From NCBI GenBank assembly GCA_964658025.1, contig CAZZXB010000082.1, positions 1 through 13,836 of the forward strand: a DNA stretch of 13,836 bases, written 5' to 3'. Below the pieces are notes generated by a model. That model was not told the DNA's origin. It did not search any database and saw only the letters and a program-made list of their open reading frames with translations. Position 1 is the first letter of the stretch; each line of letters begins with the position of its first letter. Positions 1 through 7,544 of this stretch are shown piece by piece. A program made the position numbers and the translations under genes. Source of the stretch: an uncultured Janthinobacterium sp. (GTDB lineage Bacteria; Vulcanimicrobiota; Vulcanimicrobiia; Vulcanimicrobiales; Vulcanimicrobiaceae).

Positions 1-159
1 CTCCGCCCGCGCGCATCTCCCCCGGCGCGCGCCGAGGCGAACCCACGTCGTCGCCCGGATGCTTGGCTCCCCACCCCCACCTACGCCGATCGCGCGTCGC
101 GGACGACCCGTTCGGATCGACGACGATGGACGCGGTCGCGGGAGCGCGAATCCCTTCGA

Positions 160-2952
160 ATGGAGCTCGGAGCGGTCGATCGCCCCGAAGCGTCGGCGGC
201 TTCCGCACCGACGGGTACCGTCACGTTCTTGTTCAGCGACATCGAAGGGAGCACGACCCGTTGGGATCGGGCGCCGGACGCGATGCGCGATGCGGTGCGG
301 CTCCACGACGCGCTGATGCGGGCCGCGATCGCGCGGAGCGGCGGCCACGTGTTCAAGACGATCGGCGATGCGTTCTGCGTCGCCTTCCATTCCGCCGACG
401 ATGCGGTCGTCGCGGCGCTCGAGGCCCAGCGCGATCTCGACGCGGCCGACTTCTCCGCGGTCGACGGCCTGCGCGTGCGGATGGGGATTCACGCGGGATC
501 GTGCGACGAGCGCGACGGTGATTATTTCGGGCCGCCCGTCAATCGCGTCGCGCGGCTCGTGGCGACCGCGCACGGCGGTCAGGTGATCCTCTCCGCGGCG
601 GCGACCGCCCTCGCGCGGCCGCGTCTTCCCGCGGGCGCGAGCTTTCGCGATCTCGGCGAACACCGACTCAAGGATCTCGCCGAAGCCGAACGCGTCTCGC
701 AACTCGTCGCGCCGCATCTGCGCGATACGTTTCCGCCGCTGCGATCGCTCGACAACCTCCGCAATAATCTCCCGCTCCAACTCGACGCGCTCGTCGGACG
801 CGACGAATTCGTCGCCCGGGTCGTCGCGGAGGTCGCGTCGTCGCGACTCGTCACGCTGCTCGGCGCGGGCGGTGTGGGCAAGACGCGCATCGCGATTCAG
901 GCGGCGGCCGAACTCGTCGACGGGTCGGCCGACGGCGTGTGGTTCGTCGATCTCGCGCCGCTCGCGAGCGGCGCGTTCGTCGCGGATGCGATCGCCTCCG
1001 CACTCGAACTCGGCGGCGTCGTCGGTCGCAGTTCGAGCGACGTCGTCGTGCAGTACGTCCGGACGCGGAAGATGCTCATCGTGCTCGATAACTGCGAGCA
1101 CGTCATCGCGGACGCGGCGAAGATCGTGGGCGAGATCGTGCGCGCGTCGCCGGAATGCAACCTGCTCGCGACCTCGCGCGAACCGCTCGGCCTGGCGGGC
1201 GAACGCGTCGTCCACGTGCCGACGCTCGAGGTCCCGCCGCGCGGTCCGCTCTCGGCCGCCGATGCGTTGCGTTACGGCGCGGTCGCGCTCTTCGTCAAAC
1301 GCGCGCACGCGGCCGACGGCAAGTTCGTGCTCCACGACGATTCCGCCGAAACCGTCGCCGACATCGTCCGTCGCCTCGACGGAATCGCGCTCGCGATCGA
1401 ACTCGCGGCGGCGCGCGTGAAGGTGCTCAGCGTCCCGCACCTCGCGAAGCGACTCGACGAACGCTTCCGCGTGTTGACCGGCGGAAGTCGGACCGCGCTG
1501 CCGCGTCAGCGCACGATGTACGCGCTCATCAGTTGGAGCTGGGATCTGCTCGACGAACGCGAGCGCGCGTTCTTGCGGCGCGCCGGGATCTTCGCCGGCG
1601 GCTGGACGCTCGACGCCGCCGAGACCGTCTGCTCGGGTGCGGACATCGACGCCTTCGACGCGCTCGACATCCTCGAATCGCTCGTCGATAAATCGCTCGT
1701 GGGGAGCGGCGGCACGCGCGATGCCCCGCGCGGCAAACTCCTGGAATCGATGCGCGCGTTCGCGCTGGAGAAACTCGACGAGAGCGGCGAACGCGACGAG
1801 ATCGCGCTCCGTCACGCGGAGTGGATGGTCGCCTTCTGCGCGCGGATGCACCTCGCGTACGTCGCGTCCGACGCGTGGTTTTCCGAAATGGAAGCCGAAG
1901 TCGATAACGCGCGCGCCGCGATGCGTTGGGCGCTCGACGCAGGAAGACCGGCGATCGCGGCACGGATCGTCTTGCGCGCGCTCTGCGGCTACTGGTGGTT
2001 TCGCGCGCCGCATGAGGGTCTGCTGTGGACGGAGCAGAGTCTCGACGCGCTCGATGCCGCGGCGGAACCGCTGCTCGCGGGCGGGCTCTACGGCATCCGC
2101 GGCAGCTACCTCACCGGTCGTCGCTCGATCGAGTCGTACGAACGCGCGGTCGCGATCCTCGCGCCGCTCTCCGAAGCGGGCGTCGACATCAGCGCGTACT
2201 CGCGACTCACGTACCTCCTGGGCGGGCTCGGATCGGCGTTACTGAACGGCGGTCGCATCGACGAGGCGCGCGTCGCGATCGACCGCGGTATCCGACTCCA
2301 CGCCGCGGAGGGAACGACCAAGACGCGCGGCTACGCGAACGTCCTCGCGAATCGCGGGAGCTGTCACACGGCCGAGGGCCGCCTGGACGATGCGCGCGCC
2401 GATTTCGAGACCGCGACGGAGATCTTCTCGGCGATCGACGAGAGTGCGGGCGTCGCGCTCGTGGAACTGGCGCGCGCGGAGACGGAATATCTCGCGCGCG
2501 ACGTCGCCCTCGCGAACGCGCTCGCGCGCGCGGCCGCGACGCGCTACCTCGGGCTCGACATCCCCGTGGGCGCGGCGGAAGCGCTCGCGGTCGCCGCCGC
2601 GACGTCGTACGCTCTCGGCGAATCCGACGACGCGCGCGAGCGGATCCGCGAAGCGTTGCGGCGCGCGACGGCGGCGTCGGTGGAACTCTCGGCCTGCGGC
2701 CTGCTCGCGGTCGCGTCGCTCGCGTGCGATGCGGGCGACGCGCGCCGGGCGGCGCGTCTGGCGGCGTACGTGGAGGCGCGCGAGGCCCGTCGCGAAGAGC
2801 GCACCGACGCGATCGCGGCCGATCTCCGCGCGCGCCTCGACGCGCGGCTCGTCGTCTCGCTCGATCCGGCGGCCGCGCGCGCGCTGCGCGAGATGGGCGC
2901 CGCGCTCGGACCCGACGACGTTCGCGCCGAGGCGTCGCTCGCGGTCGAGTAA
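160..2952 (+). CDS. Class III adenylate/guanylate cyclase fused to a STAND (NB-ARC-like) ATPase, winged helix and C-terminal TPR-like helical region (930 aa)
   Basis: Cyclase motifs TFLFSDIEGST, FKTIGDAF, RMGIHAG and GDYFGPPVNRVARL. Walker A GAGGVGKT, Walker B LIVLDNCEH, ATSRE, GIALAIELAAA (GxP-equivalent), LVDKSLV. Ala/Leu-rich helical repeats at the C-terminus. GGGAG lies upstream of ATG 160. The frame is open back to base 1, so the start is not fully certain. Confidence 0.93.
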   Translation: MELGAVDRPEASAASAPTGTVTFLFSDIEGSTTRWDRAPDAMRDAVRLHDALMRAAIARSGGHVFKTIGDAFCVAFHSADDAVVAALEAQRDLDAADFSAVDGLRVRMGIHAGSCDERDGDYFGPPVNRVARLVATAHGGQVILSAAATALARPRLPAGASFRDLGEHRLKDLAEAERVSQLVAPHLRDTFPPLRSLDNLRNNLPLQLDALVGRDEFVARVVAEVASSRLVTLLGAGGVGKTRIAIQAAAELVDGSADGVWFVDLAPLASGAFVADAIASALELGGVVGRSSSDVVVQYVRTRKMLIVLDNCEHVIADAAKIVGEIVRASPECNLLATSREPLGLAGERVVHVPTLEVPPRGPLSAADALRYGAVALFVKRAHAADGKFVLHDDSAETVADIVRRLDGIALAIELAAARVKVLSVPHLAKRLDERFRVLTGGSRTALPRQRTMYALISWSWDLLDERERAFLRRAGIFAGGWTLDAAETVCSGADIDAFDALDILESLVDKSLVGSGGTRDAPRGKLLESMRAFALEKLDESGERDEIALRHAEWMVAFCARMHLAYVASDAWFSEMEAEVDNARAAMRWALDAGRPAIAARIVLRALCGYWWFRAPHEGLLWTEQSLDALDAAAEPLLAGGLYGIRGSYLTGRRSIESYERAVAILAPLSEAGVDISAYSRLTYLLGGLGSALLNGGRIDEARVAIDRGIRLHAAEGTTKTRGYANVLANRGSCHTAEGRLDDARADFETATEIFSAIDESAGVALVELARAETEYLARDVALANALARAAATRYLGLDIPVGAAEALAVAAATSYALGESDDARERIREALRRATAASVELSACGLLAVASLACDAGDARRAARLAAYVEAREARREERTDAIAADLRARLDARLVVSLDPAAARALREMGAALGPDDVRAEASLAVE

Positions 2953-3033
2953 CGTCGCCCCCGCCCCGCGTTTCGAGTCCGAGCGACGCGCCGACCGACG
3001 CTCTGCGTTCACGGCGCGACGCGTGCGCCGATG

Positions 3034-4029
3034 CTACGCGTTCGGCAACACGACCGCCCGGAAGCGCGCCTCGCCCTTCGCGACGCGATCGTAGGCCTTC
3101 GATACGTCGGCGAGCGCGAAGGTCTCGGTGAACACGCGGACCTTGCCTTCGGCGACGTAGGCGAGCGCCTCGAAGAGATCGCGACGATTGTTCTGCGACG
3201 AGGTGACGATGCGGATGCGGTTGTTGAGGAACGCCATCGGCGAGAACGAGAACTGCGTCGCGCCGTCGACGCCCATCACGACGAGTCGGCCGTCGGGACG
3301 GAGCGCGGCGACCGCCGCCATCATCGCCTCGTTCGAATTGCTCGTCGCGAGGACGACGTCGGCTCCGCCCGATCGCTTCAGTGCCTTACCGTCGGCGACG
3401 ACTTCGTCCGCGCCGAGTTCCTTCGCGAGATCGTGCTTGTCGGGCGAACTCGTCACGGCGATCGTGTGAAAGCCCGCGGCGTGCGCGTACTGAACCGCGA
3501 GGTGTCCGAGCCCGCCGATGCCGACGACCGCGACGCGCTCGTGCGGCTGGGGTTCCGCGATCCGCAAGCCGCTGTACACGGTGAAACCGGCGCAGAAGAT
3601 GGGGGCGGCCTGTTCGTACGAGATGCCGTCGGGGAGGAGCATCGTCGCGTCGGCGAAGGCCAGGAGATATTCCGCGTGACCGCCCGGCATGTGGATCGCG
3701 GCTTGGACGGATTTCGCGCAGTTCTGCGGCAGCCCGCGCAGACACCACTCGCAGCGCTTACACGACGACTGGATCCACGCCACGCCGACGCGATCGCCGA
3801 CCTTGCGCGACGTGACGGCGGAGCCGATCGCGGTGATCTCGCCGACGGGCTCGTGACCGAGTCGCATCGGATACTTCATCCCGAAATGACCGAGCGCCTG
3901 ATGGACGTCGGTATAGCAGAGCCCGCTCGCGTGGATCTTGATGACGACCTGGTCGGGACCGGGTTCGGGGGTCTCGACGTCGCGGACTTCCCACGGTGCG
4001 TCGGCGGAGGTAACGATTGCAGCCTTCAT
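3034..4029 (-). CDS. Zinc-dependent medium-chain alcohol dehydrogenase (AdhP/cinnamyl-alcohol dehydrogenase-like), 331 aa
   Basis: Catalytic Zn ligands in GLCYTD, GHEPVG and PIFCAG; structural Zn motif CKRCEWC-x7-C; Rossmann motif GIGGLG; C-terminal ARFRAVV. Confidence 0.95.
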   Translation of the reverse strand: MKAAIVTSADAPWEVRDVETPEPGPDQVVIKIHASGLCYTDVHQALGHFGMKYPMRLGHEPVGEITAIGSAVTSRKVGDRVGVAWIQSSCKRCEWCLRGLPQNCAKSVQAAIHMPGGHAEYLLAFADATMLLPDGISYEQAAPIFCAGFTVYSGLRIAEPQPHERVAVVGIGGLGHLAVQYAHAAGFHTIAVTSSPDKHDLAKELGADEVVADGKALKRSGGADVVLATSNSNEAMMAAVAALRPDGRLVVMGVDGATQFSFSPMAFLNNRIRIVTSSQNNRRDLFEALAYVAEGKVRVFTETFALADVSKAYDRVAKGEARFRAVVLPNA

Positions 4030-4181
4030 GATGGTGCACGACGCTCGCCCGGCTCGATTGGTTTCCGCCCGTCGATCGGCCGCGCGCGATTCCGCATAGG
4101 TCGTGGAAACGCGAGTCGTGCGAGATCGTCATCGGGTCGCCCGCCGCCGACCGGGAGGACCTCCGGCGCGGGCGGCGTCGT

Positions 4182-4214
4182 CTTAAGCCGGCGTTAACCC
4201 GGCGCGGATATAGT
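4182..4214 (+). promoter_or_regulatory. Putative PhoB/PhoP(OmpR-family)-type tandem direct repeat plus -10 box for the phosphoesterase gene
   Basis: TTAAGCCGGCG (4183-4193) is followed directly by TTAACCCGGCG (4194-4204), an 11-bp period with 1 mismatch. TATAGT lies at 4209-4214 and there is no recognisable -35. Confidence 0.6.
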
Positions 4215-4280
4215 GCGACGTAACGGCACGCCCGGCTTCCGCGCGAGTCGCGCCCACTTCAGATACGATGCGAGGAAACT

Positions 4281-6230
4281 TTGGAGATTCGACGTCTCAC
4301 CGCGTGCTGTGCCGTGGCGGCGCTCGCGACGTCCGGCGCGACGGACGCCGGTTCGCTCGGAACCGCGCCGACGATCGTGCGATCCGCAGGCGCATCCGCC
4401 GCGCTCGCGCGAGAGCGAGCGATGATCTCGGCCCTGCGCGAGCGCGTCAAGTACGTGTTCGTGATCTATCAAGAGAATCGATCGTTCGACTCGTATTTCG
4501 GGACGTTTCCGGGTGCGGACGGCATCTATTCGCAACCCTCGGGCGAGACGCTCGGGTATCGCCAGCCGATTCAAAAGGTCGACGGGTCTTACGGGATCGT
4601 CGAGCCGTTTCGCATCGGTCCCGCGGAGTTCGCCGCGGATACCGACGACGTGGACCACTCGCATCCGCGCTTGATCTCGAAGATCGACGTCACGCCGAAC
4701 GGCTCGCGGATGGATCGTTTCTCGCTCGTCGAGGAGGCCAAACACACGCCGGCCGGCGCGACGGTGCCGACGCTTCAAGCCAAGCAATACGGCGAACTCG
4801 CGATGGCGCACGAAGATTGCGATACCGTCCCGCTCCTCTGGAACTATGCGAATCGTTTCACGCTGTACGATCACGTGTTCTCGTCGTATCTCGGACCGTC
4901 GACGTCGGGGAATCTCGCGATCATCGGCGCGCAGGTCGGCGAGACGCAAGCGGCGCTACATCCGAGCGAGGCCTACACCGATAACGGAAGCGGCGTCGTC
5001 GCGGGCGTTCCGGTTCTCAACGATCGCGATCCGGCGTGGGGTCCGTTCAATCCGGGCGACGGCGCGTCGCCGGCAAACGAGCAACTCAACCTCACGTACG
5101 CGACGCTTCCGCTCACGCTCGCGGGCGAGAACGCCGTGAAGCTGCGCGCCACGGACGCCCGAGCGGGCATCGATTTCGCCGACGTCGGCGACGATCTCGT
5201 CGCGACCGCTTCGAAGCACGCCGAACCCGTCCGTTGGGGTTGGTTTCAGGAAGGGTACGATCGCGAGCCGGGTCAGCCGACCGCGTCCGCGAGCCTCGGA
5301 AACTACGTGACGCACCACAACGGTCCGCAGTATTTCGGCTACATCGCGAACAGCGCCGAGCGAGAATACCTGCACGGATTGAACGATCTTTCGAAAGAGA
5401 TCCACGCGGGCGAGTTACCGACCGGCGGCGGCGTGTTCTACGCGAAGGGCGGCTTCCAGAATTTCCTCGGCCTCAAACCCGCCGATCCCGATGCGACCGT
5501 CCAACAGAATTTCAACGGCGACGACGATCACCCCGGGTATTCGGACGCGCAGATCAGCGAGGCGCTCGTCGCCCAGACCGTCAACACGATCGCGTCGAGT
5601 AAGTATTGGAATCAGAGCGCGATCGTCGTGACGTGGGACGATTCCGAAGGCGACTACGATCACGTCGCGCCGCCGCTCCGTTCGATCGGACCGGGCGTCG
5701 GAAACGTGCCGCAGGACTTTCTCTCGAACGGACCGCGCGTGCCGTTACTCGTGATCTCGCCCTTCTCGAAGACGCGCACGGTCGTCCACTCGTACGGCGA
5801 CCAAGGTTCGGTCGTGAAGTTCGTCGACGACGTCTTCGGGCTCACGCCGCTCGCGGATCTCCCCGACGAACGGAAGGGGCTCGCCGCGGGACAGGTCCTC
5901 GGCAAATTGAACTACGGTCCCGACGACGGCGAGACGAGCGGCGTCACGAATCTCGTCGACGCGTTCGACGAGGGCCGCCTGATGGGGACGCGCGCACCGC
6001 TCCCCGCGTCGTACGCGCGGGTCGATCCGTACTACGTCGAGCATCTGCCGCAGCAGACGCATCTCGGCTGTCGCGCGATCGGCGTGACGCCCGTCGACTA
6101 CCTCCGCGGCATCGAAAACCACATCCCGTCCGACTTCAACCCCCGTCCGGGTACCGATCCGACCGACGCCGCGACCCCGAGCATCGACACGAAATCCCTC
6201 ATCATGCGCCGCCGCGATCTCGACGATTAA
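4281..6230 (+). CDS. Secreted phosphoesterase (acid phosphatase AcpA / phospholipase C family), 649 aa
   Basis: TTG start preceded by GAGGA. N-terminal signal peptide MEIRRLTACCAVAALATSGATDA. Family motifs VIYQENRSFDSYFG, DVDHSH, GPSTSGNL, YVTHHNGPQY, DDHPGYSD, WDDSEGDYDHV and GPRVPLLVISPF. Confidence 0.92.
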   Translation: MEIRRLTACCAVAALATSGATDAGSLGTAPTIVRSAGASAALARERAMISALRERVKYVFVIYQENRSFDSYFGTFPGADGIYSQPSGETLGYRQPIQKVDGSYGIVEPFRIGPAEFAADTDDVDHSHPRLISKIDVTPNGSRMDRFSLVEEAKHTPAGATVPTLQAKQYGELAMAHEDCDTVPLLWNYANRFTLYDHVFSSYLGPSTSGNLAIIGAQVGETQAALHPSEAYTDNGSGVVAGVPVLNDRDPAWGPFNPGDGASPANEQLNLTYATLPLTLAGENAVKLRATDARAGIDFADVGDDLVATASKHAEPVRWGWFQEGYDREPGQPTASASLGNYVTHHNGPQYFGYIANSAEREYLHGLNDLSKEIHAGELPTGGGVFYAKGGFQNFLGLKPADPDATVQQNFNGDDDHPGYSDAQISEALVAQTVNTIASSKYWNQSAIVVTWDDSEGDYDHVAPPLRSIGPGVGNVPQDFLSNGPRVPLLVISPFSKTRTVVHSYGDQGSVVKFVDDVFGLTPLADLPDERKGLAAGQVLGKLNYGPDDGETSGVTNLVDAFDEGRLMGTRAPLPASYARVDPYYVEHLPQQTHLGCRAIGVTPVDYLRGIENHIPSDFNPRPGTDPTDAATPSIDTKSLIMRRRDLDD

Positions 6231-6247
6231 CGGACGCGTCGCAGACG

Positions 6248-6276
6248 AAAAAGCCGAGCGCGTCGTCGCTCGGCTT
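6248..6276 (-). terminator. Intrinsic (Rho-independent) terminator of the minus-strand gene, possibly bidirectional
   Basis: Stem GCCGAGCG (6253-6260) / CGCTCGGC (6267-6274) with a 6-nt loop. AAAAA at 6248-6252 gives a U5 tail on the minus strand; there is a weaker TTCTC tail on the plus strand. It lies between convergent genes. Confidence 0.75.
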
Positions 6277-6288
6277 CTCGCATCTCTT

Positions 6289-6363
6289 GCCGAGATCGGT
6301 CGTTCGTCCTGGCGTTATCGGCAAACCAAACGCGTCGCCGCAATACGCCCGACCGACCTCAGC
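6289..6363 (-). other. Long imperfect RNA hairpin in the 3' UTR of the minus-strand gene
   Basis: 14-bp outer stem 6289-6302 / 6350-6363, whose two mismatches are G-U wobbles on the minus strand. Inner stem 6311-6322 / 6337-6349. Confidence 0.5.
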
Positions 6364-6366
6364 CGA

Positions 6367-6957
6367 CTACATCCCGCGCGGTCCGCGGAATCCGCCGGGG
6401 CCCGGCGGTTCCGCGCCGTGACCGAACTCCGCGAGACGGAGCAGGCTGCGGCCGGCGTCGGGAGTGCGTTCGCCCGTCCGGTTCTTGTCGGGGCCGCGGC
6501 TCGCGTCGCGTTGCTGCATCCGCGCGCGGACGTCGGCCGGCGCGTTCGCTTCCATCTGCGCGTGCATCGACTCCATGAGCGATCGCGACGACGCGCGTGC
6601 GTTCGACTCGGCGGAGAGCACGCCGTTTTTCTCGCCCTGGCTCAGGATCGCGTCGATCTGCGAGGCGACGGCGTCGGGATTCGGATTCGCCGAGACGGCG
6701 CTCTGGCCGATGACGTTCGCGACCGCGGCGCGATGGGCCGGCGTGAGCGACGCGAGCATCTGTTCGCGCGCCTGGAGGTGGATCTGCTCCATCCGCGAGC
6801 GGAACTGTTGCATTGCGGCGATCTGTTGCGGCGACGGGCTCGCCGGTGCGGCGGCGCCGGGCGGCGGACCCATCGGGCCCGGCGGCGGCCCCTCTTGCGC
6901 GAAGACGGGGACGGATGTGGTCGCGACGAGCGCGAGGACGGTAAGAAGACGTTTCAT
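6367..6957 (-). CDS. Exported Pro/Met/Gln-rich helical protein, Spy/CpxP (LTxxQ)-like, 196 aa
   Basis: ATG at 6957 begins a clean signal peptide MKRLLTVLALVATTSVPVFA|Q, followed by a PPPGPMGPPPG linker and a helical core with LTPAH and LSQGE (LTxxQ-like). C-terminal PPGPGGFRGPRGM tail. The longer 7314 start in the ORF track overlaps the DUF4242 gene and is rejected. Confidence 0.8.
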   Translation of the reverse strand: MKRLLTVLALVATTSVPVFAQEGPPPGPMGPPPGAAAPASPSPQQIAAMQQFRSRMEQIHLQAREQMLASLTPAHRAAVANVIGQSAVSANPNPDAVASQIDAILSQGEKNGVLSAESNARASSRSLMESMHAQMEANAPADVRARMQQRDASRGPDKNRTGERTPDAGRSLLRLAEFGHGAEPPGPGGFRGPRGM

Positions 6958-6966
6958 GGTCGATCC

Positions 6967-6999
6967 ATCGTAACGCGCGAATCTCAGGCGCTCCTGAGA
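6967..6999 (-). promoter_or_regulatory. Putative promoter: -10 box TACGAT with upstream palindrome TCTCAGG-N4-CCTGAGA
   Basis: TACGAT on the minus strand at 6972-6967, 9 nt before the ATG. Perfect 7-bp inverted repeat 6982-6988 / 6993-6999 overlapping the expected -35 region. Confidence 0.4.
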
Positions 7000-7150
7000 G
7001 CGCTGTCTGGGCCGCTTGCTCCGGGAGGAAGTGGGTCGGATCGTTCGGCACGATAGCGGATAGCGAGCTATTGCTCGCTCGTCGCTCCGACGGTCGCCTA
7101 CGAACTCGAATACGCGACGTCGGATCGCGACGGAAGATGGAGTACGAAGC

Positions 7151-7423
7151 ATGCCCCGATATATGGTCGAACGGACCTTTCCCGAAGGTCTCGACATTCC
7201 GGCGAATGCGGAAGGCGCGAAGACGTGCGCGATCGTCGTCGACGGCAACGCGCAGAGCCACGTGACGTGGGTGCACTCGTACGTCTCGGCCGATAAGCGC
7301 AAGACGTTCTGCATCTACGATGGACCGAGCGAAGCGGCGATTCGCGAGAGCGCCGATCGCAACGGCTTGCCGATCGACTCGATCACGCCCGTCAGCGTTC
7401 TCGACCCTTACTTCAGCCATTAA
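7151..7423 (+). CDS. DUF4242 domain protein (SCO4226-like small ferredoxin-fold protein), 90 aa
   Basis: Typical family pattern MPRYMVERTFP...VTWVHSYVSADKRKTFCIYDGPSEAAIR...NGLPIDSITPV..LDPYF. GGAG RBS at 7139-7142. Confidence 0.9.
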   Translation: MPRYMVERTFPEGLDIPANAEGAKTCAIVVDGNAQSHVTWVHSYVSADKRKTFCIYDGPSEAAIRESADRNGLPIDSITPVSVLDPYFSH

Positions 7424-7544
7424 GCGACGAAGCGCGCCGCCGCGTCCGGACGAGCTGATCCCGCTCGTCCGCTCCGCGCGCACCCACTTCGGTCCCCGGC
7501 CGCCCGAGAGCGCGATCGCGGTTCCGGAAGCGGGCCAACGCTCC

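Noticed and set aside
1..159. The cyclase reading frame is open back to base 1; there is also a minus-strand GGGGGAG-ATG at 23-14
   Set aside because: The upstream translation looks non-coding (CCCCACCCCCACC, atypical codons) and the cyclase domain starts just after ATG 160. The minus-strand SD-like run abuts the ATG with zero spacing. Neither can be supported without flanking sequence.
2953..3033. Short hairpin CGGCGC/GCGCCG (about 3012-3029) between convergent genes
   Set aside because: Only 6 bp, all GC, no U-tract; indistinguishable from chance in this composition.
4036..4121. Imperfect long-range pairing (GCACGAC/GTCGTGC, GTTTCC/GGAAAC) that could mask the ADH translation start
   Set aside because: Large internal loops, the wobble pairing favours the non-coding strand, and there is no resemblance to a riboswitch I know.
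6230..6369. Possible amber readthrough (UAG followed by a hairpin, PYLIS/SECIS-like) of the Spy-like gene
   Set aside because: The protein ends in a natural-looking low-complexity tail, the extension would run through the terminator, and no recoding machinery is visible in the window.
6958..7314. Longer N-terminal versions of several ORFs in the track (7314 for the Spy-like gene; likewise 9920 for the SBP, 10404 for DUF4760, 11615 for the hydrolase)
   Set aside because: They overlap neighbouring real genes or bury the signal peptide. The shorter starts have an RBS, a stop/start overlap, or a signal peptide directly at the N-terminus.
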